Shown here one piece after another: positions 57,103 to 64,000 of a DNA stretch of 64,000 nucleotides. Both the position numbers and the translations under genes were made by a program. The stretch is taken from the NCBI GenBank assembly GCA_946965045.2, contig OX337233.1:1922001-1986000 (forward strand), written 5' to 3'. The notes below the pieces were generated by a model. The model searched no databases and had not been told where the DNA came from. It saw nothing but the letters and a program-made list of their open reading frames with translations. Position 1 is the first letter of the stretch. The number at the start of each line of letters is the position of its first letter. This stretch comes from Epithemia pelagica (lineage: Eukaryota > Protista > Bacillariophyta).

Positions 57103-57320
57103 GGTGGAGTTTTGGTTGCTGCAAATTTGTTGCGCTGAAATATTTTTATGAGGAGGGATTTGTCGGGAGGCTCGAGACATGGTGTTCGGTATGCCCTACT
57201 GGTTAGCGATCCACTGGTGTTGAAATGATTTTTACGATCTGGTTGGGTGAATCTGGAAGTTTACGAGCAGTCATTTACATTCTCTTAAGCCCTGAACCTG
57301 TGGGGTCTTAGCACTTGGCA

Positions 57321-57410
57321 TACGAGTACTCGTACGAGTACTCTACGAGTACGAGTTCCTCCTCAAGCTCTAGTCTACTCCTAGAGAGGAGTATTCGTAG
57401 CTCGTAGTTC
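57321..57410. repeat. Palindromic TACGAG/CTCGTA cluster in a putative promoter
   Basis: GAGTACTCGTACGAGTACTC (57324-57343) is a perfect 20-bp palindrome overlapping TACGAGTACTCGTA (57321-57334). Confidence 0.8.
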
Positions 57411-59068
57411 TTCTTTTACACCTAATTTCTAACTCCTCAGCCTCAGTACTCACGGGGTAACTCCTTGAATACATGATTACATTTCTCTCATACCCTACGA
57501 ATATTATTTGCTTTATGCATACGAAATACGAATAGAGATGAGCGACCATGATAGATCATGATCATGTCCACACACAACTTGGTTCGTTGTCGCTCTTCGG
57601 CAATGGCAATGACCATGACCAGAATCCTCAATTAGTCCCGTAGGGCGGAGACCCACTCGGCATCGGACACAAAGAGCACAAACGCAGAACGCAGAACCCA
57701 TCATGCTGCATCGGCTATCTTCTAGTTCTAGGAGTATTTTGTCTGGCCACAACGCGAACACTGCTCGAATGACCTCTTACAAAAAAGATGGGTCTGTGGT
57801 TTCGTGTCGGAAATCTGTCCCCTCCATTTACTCGTTGGCCCAACACCCAACATCCCGTCCCACTCTCCGCATGGATTGACAAGTAGGGTAGACAAGAAGT
57901 TACAAAGGGTATTCGTAGTCCTGACAGGTCCCACTTTGAGGTCCTCATTCCTCATTCCGTACCGATTTAGGCCCTTTAGCTTCGAGACTGCTCACTTTGT
58001 CCGGCGGTGAACAACATGACTACGAGTACGAGTGAGAGTACGAATAGAGAAAGGAGACGAAGGAGAATGAATATGCACAAATCCAGTTGCCAGAACCATC
58101 TCGGTCTCGGCGCCTAGATTCAGACTGGGGGCTACGGGTGGGCAATAGGCAAGTTATTCGGAGTGGTGCGTGTTTTGTGCTGCAATGCGACAATGCAACC
58201 GTACTACCCAGTCAGCTGTTGAGCTTTCAGGCATCGGAGGCACACTACTACTTATGAATCCAGGACGAATCACGCAGACGTTAAGTCATTGAGTCTAAGC
58301 TTTGAGTTCCAAGATGACTGGTAGCCATGCACGAGTTTTTCTATTCATGACTTTTGACAATGGGGACGCGGGGATTGGAGTTATGGAGTTATCGAGTGTC
58401 TTTTTGACTGGGTTCCAAGTTCGAGAAACGGTAATCGTCAGACAGAGTTGAACTCTTATGAAAAGTTGATCTTAAGTCAACGCCAAAGACTGAGCTGGGA
58501 GGTGGCTGAGTCGTAGCGTGTTCTTGATTCTACTAGATCGCGCATTTCTTTCTTCCACTTTAGTGCGTTGCAACTTCATCGGTTTCACTATTCCACATTG
58601 TTCCTTGACACGAAGACCTTCCCCGAAGACAATGTTTTGAGGAGAACCATATCCATCCCATCCATTGGGTCTCAAGTGGCAATGGTTACTGGTTACTGGT
58701 ACCTCAGTATATCGAAGATATGATTTCTGGCAAGGGCAACCTCTGTACTCTAGGAGCAATGTCAGAAGTACCGCGGCTTCTTCAGATCGATTTGGAGGTA
58801 CAGAAGGAGTAACTATACTCCACGAACTATTTCTAGAGGAGTACCTAGGTATCGGAAGCGGAAAATAACAAAACATAGCAATGGTAGCTTCTTTTGGCCG
58901 CGGAATGGATGGATGGACGGACGGACGATCTTGTATTGTTTTGAGAGTGTTACGGATACGGATAGGGTGTCGACCGTCGACCATGATGATATCAGTCTCA
59001 TGTCTCATGAGTAGAAACGGTGTTGTCTAATGTAAGATCCTCTATCTGTCCAATAGAGACCTCTTACA

Positions 59069-60592
59069 ATGGCGAACAGTGGTACATGCATCAGTGGGGT
59101 GAAACAAGTAAGAGGAGGTCGAAGGAGGTGTCGCACAAAAAATGTTTTTGTCGACAACACCACGACAAAGCCAATCGACAACCATTCCTTGTCTCTTCTT
59201 CCATGGTTCTCGCTCTCTTCTTTCGTTGGGCGTCCTGTGACCCGAAACATTCGACTTTGCATTGTGTTGTTGTTGGTTGGATTGTTGCCGGTTGTTCGGT
59301 TTTACACTACTCACCAAATCAACCACACTGTCCACACCAGAGCAGACTCCAACCACAACTTGGACTCGCAATCACAAGCCACAGTGATGAGTAAATTGTC
59401 GACAGAACCACCGACTAGTACGGCACAGGAAGCAATTTCAAGAAGTGGACTCTCTTTGGCGACAGATCAAACAACAACAGAAACGAACACTATCATGTAT
59501 TCGGTCCTTCGTCGCGATCGCTCGGGAGCGGTGATTCACGACATGTTGTTGGCACATGCACATGCCTATGCACGAAATTGGACCTATGGCGGAGCGTGTT
59601 GTTGCATTCGTGGTGAACCGCCTTCATTCGCCGTGCAGAAACGTCTCAATCAAACGCAAAACTTGTTGATGCAAATCTTGGGTCCCGTCCATGGGTTGTC
59701 CTTTCTTCCCTTGGCTTGTCCACAACGAGAAGAGCAAGCACAACTAGCATCCCTCTCGACGACGACGACCACCACCAAAATTGTTCCGAGCAAAGTGTAT
59801 CGAGGCTCGGACCGTCCGAACCGCGCCGTCTTTACTGCTGCGTGGAAACGTCACGTGCAACAAAGGTATATTGGACCTGCCCTAAGTACCAGCCATCTGA
59901 TTCAAGACCAACAAAAGGCATTATCTTCTACGGGGTACCAACTGGGCAGCCGCGACGACGAGGACGACGACCACCCTCTGGTTGTGGCAGTGCACGTGAG
60001 ACGTGGAGATGTCAATCCGTGCAATGGTTCGAAGCAACGGTATTTACCCAACTCACATTATCAACGCATCCTACAGCACCATGTGCTGTCCCACGACCAC
60101 CACGACAACCAGCATGGTAACACGGATTCGACTGGTCGACAACGCCGACGCATCGTGATCAAGATTCATTCGCAACGCAAGTCGTTTGAACCGTGGACCG
60201 ATCGCGTCGACTACTGGATGGGCCAGTTCGAAAACAATAAGGACCAGAGTGACAAGAACAACGTCCCTTCTCCGTTGGTGCAGGTTCAAGTGCTTTTGGA
60301 TGCTCCCCTTCATGAGGCATGGCACGACATGATGACGGCCGACATTTTAGTACTCAGTCGATCGTCATTTTCATACGTACCAGCCATTTTGCATCCCGAA
60401 GAGGAAGATGGAGTATCATCCTCACCCCGCAATCATCATCATCAAGTGATTTACACGCCCTTTTGGAATGACCCTTTGCCTGGCTGGACGGTTGTGGACG
60501 AAGATCTCGTACAAGCAACACAACAAGATTTAGAGGATATGCGAAAGTCGGATCGTTGCCGTGAGTGGGAGCAAAATCGAGAAAGATCCTAG
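59069..60592 (+). CDS. Type II membrane fucosyltransferase-like glycosyltransferase (GT11/GT23-like motifs)
   Basis: TM segment LCIVLLLVGLLPVV; VAVHVRRGDV (GDP-fucose-binding motif I); MMTADILVLSRSSFSY (motif III-like). Confidence 0.72.
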   Translation: MANSGTCISGVKQVRGGRRRCRTKNVFVDNTTTKPIDNHSLSLLPWFSLSSFVGRPVTRNIRLCIVLLLVGLLPVVRFYTTHQINHTVHTRADSNHNLDSQSQATVMSKLSTEPPTSTAQEAISRSGLSLATDQTTTETNTIMYSVLRRDRSGAVIHDMLLAHAHAYARNWTYGGACCCIRGEPPSFAVQKRLNQTQNLLMQILGPVHGLSFLPLACPQREEQAQLASLSTTTTTTKIVPSKVYRGSDRPNRAVFTAAWKRHVQQRYIGPALSTSHLIQDQQKALSSTGYQLGSRDDEDDDHPLVVAVHVRRGDVNPCNGSKQRYLPNSHYQRILQHHVLSHDHHDNQHGNTDSTGRQRRRIVIKIHSQRKSFEPWTDRVDYWMGQFENNKDQSDKNNVPSPLVQVQVLLDAPLHEAWHDMMTADILVLSRSSFSYVPAILHPEEEDGVSSSPRNHHHQVIYTPFWNDPLPGWTVVDEDLVQATQQDLEDMRKSDRCREWEQNRERS

Positions 60593-60862
60593 ATACAGGA
60601 ATTTGATTGTGCAAAGGAATGATGCATTAGAGTTTATTTCGACAGTAGTTGGATAGTGCTATGGATTTGACTAGTCCGTGCCTTGCAGATTTCAAGGGGC
60701 TGTGATCAGTATCGCCATCGACCGCCATCGGGTATGTTAATAGAAGGCCAGCAGAACGGGAAGAAGACGCCAGCAAATGTTTTCGTAGACTTGAGAAACA
60801 ATCGCTTTCCTTTTCCAGGTCGCTGCCACTTCATTTCGCAACATTGTTAAAATGGATCGATT

Positions 60863-62164
60863 TCATGATTCATGAAGCATCTCTTGTGGATGGTTATTCT
60901 TGGAGTAGCCCAAAAGGGCTTCCGTTTCCCAGTCCACGTGTTTATCCATGTACTCTACAAAAGTCGAATGAAGTGGACGTGCCGCAATTCGAGAAGAGTC
61001 ACCCCCAACCAGTGGCTGACAACGCGCCGTGGCATTTAATTCTTGTTCCAATTCACGAATAAGTGTAGGTGACCCATCGTGCACCAAGTCCTCAAAGCGC
61101 ACAACATGAAAGGAGGAAACTTGTGAAAAGTGTTGCATGGAAAGAAAGTTGAGAATCTTGGCTTTGCGAAGTGCGAGGATATTGGGGAATGGTAGTCCTG
61201 TACGAGGATCCATTTCGTAAAAGGCCGGCATAATCTGACTCTTCCGTCCTTTCCCATGAATAAAAAAGGTGTTGTTGGCAAGACAAGGAATGATTTCATA
61301 TGGACGTTTGTGAGAAGAACACTTGTTGCGACAAGTAATATTGCTTTGTTTCGCAAAGGACAGATCATCAAAAGGCTTGTCTTCTCCGTAGCGGGGCATG
61401 GTCCAGGGCTTGGTAACAAATGTGCTCCAACTCAGATTGAAATGAGAGGGCGACGAATATGGCTTGGATCGCATGGCTTCCGTCCAGTCCCAGACATTGC
61501 GAAACTGTGAGATCACTACGGCGCGGTTGATTGCCCAAGACTCTGATGATGATGTGTTGGAGCTGGTTTCGTCTACCGGGTCGTCATCAACTTGAAACCA
61601 ATGCTTGAACGTACTGTATCCCTTCACAAAGTCCACTTGATCTCCAAAGCAATCAATCAAATGGTTGCTCATCCATTTCGTTCCGCTGTGGCGTTCTCCA
61701 ACCAAATGTAGGGAGGGTCGGTAAGGGAATTCGCGGCGCCACTGACGTCTCTTCTTGATCTGGTCCTTTTGATGAGAAGAAACGGAAATCAGATCCCCAA
61801 CTTTTGGACCGGTTAAAACATCAGTATGAATCAAAATTTCTTCCTGCCCCGATGATGAAGAAAACGGAACCAGGAAGTTGTAACCTGTGCTTCGGTGATC
61901 TTCCCGGTTGTTGGTTCCAAGTTTCAGATTCATTTGATGGTGTTCTTGATTCATGTGTAACTTCGTGACGATGACAAGAAGTAACAGGAGAATATATTGC
62001 AGCACAACCTTGCGAGATACAGAGCCACTACGGTGGGATAGAGAAGGGAGTCTCGGGAACAAAGGAAAATGAATGGGGCGATATCTAAAGGCACTGAAAC
62101 CAGAAGATTTTCTTTCTTTTTCGATCTCTGCCGTAGTCGGATCCATAATCGATGTCGGCTCCAT
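60863..62164 (-). CDS. Type II membrane sulfotransferase-like protein
   Basis: TM segment VVLQYILLLLLVIVT; LVGERHSGTKW (5'-PSB-like); QFRNVWDWTEAMR (3'-PB-like); VVRFEDLV. Confidence 0.72.
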   Translation of the reverse strand: MEPTSIMDPTTAEIEKERKSSGFSAFRYRPIHFPLFPRLPSLSHRSGSVSRKVVLQYILLLLLVIVTKLHMNQEHHQMNLKLGTNNREDHRSTGYNFLVPFSSSSGQEEILIHTDVLTGPKVGDLISVSSHQKDQIKKRRQWRREFPYRPSLHLVGERHSGTKWMSNHLIDCFGDQVDFVKGYSTFKHWFQVDDDPVDETSSNTSSSESWAINRAVVISQFRNVWDWTEAMRSKPYSSPSHFNLSWSTFVTKPWTMPRYGEDKPFDDLSFAKQSNITCRNKCSSHKRPYEIIPCLANNTFFIHGKGRKSQIMPAFYEMDPRTGLPFPNILALRKAKILNFLSMQHFSQVSSFHVVRFEDLVHDGSPTLIRELEQELNATARCQPLVGGDSSRIAARPLHSTFVEYMDKHVDWETEALLGYSKNNHPQEMLHES

Positions 62165-62205
62165 GATCGAGTTCGTATCGTTTAAAGAAGTATAAGTCCG
62201 TCCTC

Positions 62206-62425
62206 TGTGAAAACTCTCCTACGGCCCAAGTAGATGAGTTGGACTCAGGTGGCAAAAGAGATTATAAGGTTAAACCTAGGGTGGACTGGAATGGAATGAT
62301 CCCGTAGGAATCGTGTGTACGTTCCCCAAAATTGTGTAGCGCATACGTTGTACGTTCCCCAAAATTGTGTAGCGCATACGTTGTGACCGTTGAGCACGCG
62401 AGGCGATATGTCCAATATTTTAACA
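62206..62425 (-). repeat. 3' LTR (~220 bp) of the right-hand copia element, with an internal 33-bp tandem duplication at 62318-62383
   Basis: Starts TGTTA directly after the polypurine tract GAGAGGGAG (62426-62434) and ends TCACA. The end point is inferred only from the TGT...ACA termini. Confidence 0.7.
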
Positions 62426-64000
62426 CTCCCTCTCGCGCACAATTGTAGTCGTCCATCCCATCACCATCTTTCGCAGTGGTGCCAAAACATTTTGAGCCAA
62501 TGGCTTGGTGAGATAATCACTCAGTTGTTCCGTGGTAGGAATAGCGTGGATCGTGATATCCCCTCGTTCCACGTAGCCCCTAAAGTGATGGAGTTTTACG
62601 TTCAGGTGCTTGGTTCGTGGTCGAAATTTATGGACCTTTGCCATTTCCAGCGCCCCACTGTTGTCCTCGAAGACCTTACAGTGTAGTTTGGCCCTGGTGT
62701 CGGCGATATCGATGCCATGTCCCTTCAGCTCCTTCAGTATCTCCATCAATGGGATGGCTTCTCTCAAAGCGTATGACAACCCCGTGTATTCGCTCTCCGT
62801 CGAGCTCAGGGCGATCTCAGTCTGTAACTGTGATTTCCACACGACGGGGCATCCTTTGTAGCGGATGATGTATCCGTGTCGCGACCGTGCCGTATCCGCA
62901 TCGGTCTCGGGTTGCTTTGGATCCCAGTTGCCTGCGAAATCGGCATCCACGTACACTTCCAATCCTGCGTCTTGGTCTGGTTGGAAGGTCATTCCCTTGT
63001 CTCTTGTTCCCAGCAGATACCGGCCAAGCCATTTCACTGCGTCACCGTGTTCCTTGCGTGGGTTGGAACAAAATCGAGCACATTGGTGTGTTGCGTATGA
63101 TATATCACTCCTCGATCCGGCTTCAAGGTAATTCATCATTCCGATGACCGATCGGTAATTGAAGTGGTTATCAAAAGGTGATGAATCGTCGTGACGCTTA
63201 AGGATCCTGGATGATGCGGCTGGGGCGTCCTTGGGTTTTGCCTCCTTGCCGTCCAGTCTAAGGGCTGACAGGATCTTGTCAATCAGGTGTGGTTGGGTGA
63301 ACAGTATTGTCCCATCTTGTTGCTGTTCGATGTTTACCCCCAGGAAGTCTTTTATGTCACCCTCCACCGTGATATTTAGCCCTGCGTCTTGTATCTCCTG
63401 TATGACTTGATCGATCTCCTCTTGATCTGGCCCTGCTATTATGGAGTCATCTGTATACAACACGTACACTGTGCTCCCTTTATAAAACACACACTCATCG
63501 ATTTTGGACTTAGTGAATCCCACGTCCTCGACCAGTCGCTTCGAGAGGTACTGGTACCATACTCGACCCGCCTGTTTCTGCCCGTATAAGTTTGCATGGA
63601 GTTTGAATGCGTAGTCCTGCTTTTTCTTTCCGTCTGCGAGTTCGTACCCGCGAGGAATCTCCATATAGACCTCGCGTTCGACTGGTGCCTGCGGGTAAGC
63701 GAGTACGTAATCGATTTGCGTGGTGTGCCATTTGTTTGCGGCGACCAAGGTAAGGATGAGCCTTATTGATGCCCATGAGGCGACGGGTGCATAGGTCTGG
63801 TCGTAATGGATTCCCTTTTCCATGCGCGACCCATCAAAGTTGAGTCGTGCTTTGTGTTTCTTTATTTCTCGGGTTTTGATGTCCCTCTTTCTCCTCATCT
63901 GCCATACTCCTGGGAAAATCTTTTCCCCTTTTGGGATTTGGCTTCGGTGGATGATTGAGAAGTTTCCATCCGTGAATTGTCTGTCCATCTCCTGTTGCAT
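62420..64000 (-). CDS. pol: Ty1/copia Pol: reverse transcriptase plus RNase H, intact frame, 5' part outside the window
   Basis: KARLNFDGSRM, TYAPVA, QIDYVLAYPQA, NLYGQKQAGRVW, LYTDDSI, YVDADFAG, ALSSTESEY, FEDNSGA, EQLSDYLTKPL. Confidence 0.97.
   Translation of the reverse strand: MQQEMDRQFTDGNFSIIHRSQIPKGEKIFPGVWQMRRKRDIKTREIKKHKARLNFDGSRMEKGIHYDQTYAPVASWASIRLILTLVAANKWHTTQIDYVLAYPQAPVEREVYMEIPRGYELADGKKKQDYAFKLHANLYGQKQAGRVWYQYLSKRLVEDVGFTKSKIDECVFYKGSTVYVLYTDDSIIAGPDQEEIDQVIQEIQDAGLNITVEGDIKDFLGVNIEQQQDGTILFTQPHLIDKILSALRLDGKEAKPKDAPAASSRILKRHDDSSPFDNHFNYRSVIGMMNYLEAGSRSDISYATHQCARFCSNPRKEHGDAVKWLGRYLLGTRDKGMTFQPDQDAGLEVYVDADFAGNWDPKQPETDADTARSRHGYIIRYKGCPVVWKSQLQTEIALSSTESEYTGLSYALREAIPLMEILKELKGHGIDIADTRAKLHCKVFEDNSGALEMAKVHKFRPRTKHLNVKLHHFRGYVERGDITIHAIPTTEQLSDYLTKPLAQNVLAPLRKMVMGWTTTIVREREC

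Noticed and set aside
57500-59010. Short ORFs (e.g. 58472-59008 minus) upstream of the fucosyltransferase-like gene
   Set aside because: No motifs, targeting signals or splice-joined continuity; treated as intergenic.

Overview
Nuclear DNA of a eukaryotic microalga, most likely a pennate diatom. This is inferred from short GT-AG introns, bipartite plastid-targeting presequences, CoDi-type Ty1/copia elements and an Ambal-like LINE. Both ends of the window are occupied by minus-strand Ty1/copia LTR retrotransposons from two different lineages. Host genes between them: two secreted beta-helix paralogues (each broken by a DNA transposon), a DUF6625-like glycosyltransferase, EB1, a Lys/Ser/Gly-rich secreted protein, a kinase with EF-hand and cNMP domains, an RVxF-motif protein, UBA2, a secreted beta-sandwich protein, a plastid-targeted helicase-associated (HA) repeat protein, a ~2815-aa multi-PHD chromatin protein, a fucosyltransferase-like gene and a sulfotransferase-like gene. 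Two results stand out. (1) Three divergent bacterial-type HU/IHF-like genes (18.5, 34-35 and 44.7-45.8 kb) appear only after splicing, share one phase-0 intron position and carry mitochondrial-type presequences, suggesting an HU-based mitochondrial nucleoid system. (2) Three TIR elements share the terminus ATTCGCCATTA and show no target-site duplication where the empty site can be reconstructed. A nest at 39.8-44.0 kb holds a Harbinger-type MITE, a 131-bp tandem array, a T-tailed LINE fragment and a long-TIR element. No rRNA, tRNA or CRISPR array was recognised. All domain calls come from reading motifs by eye; no database search was run.
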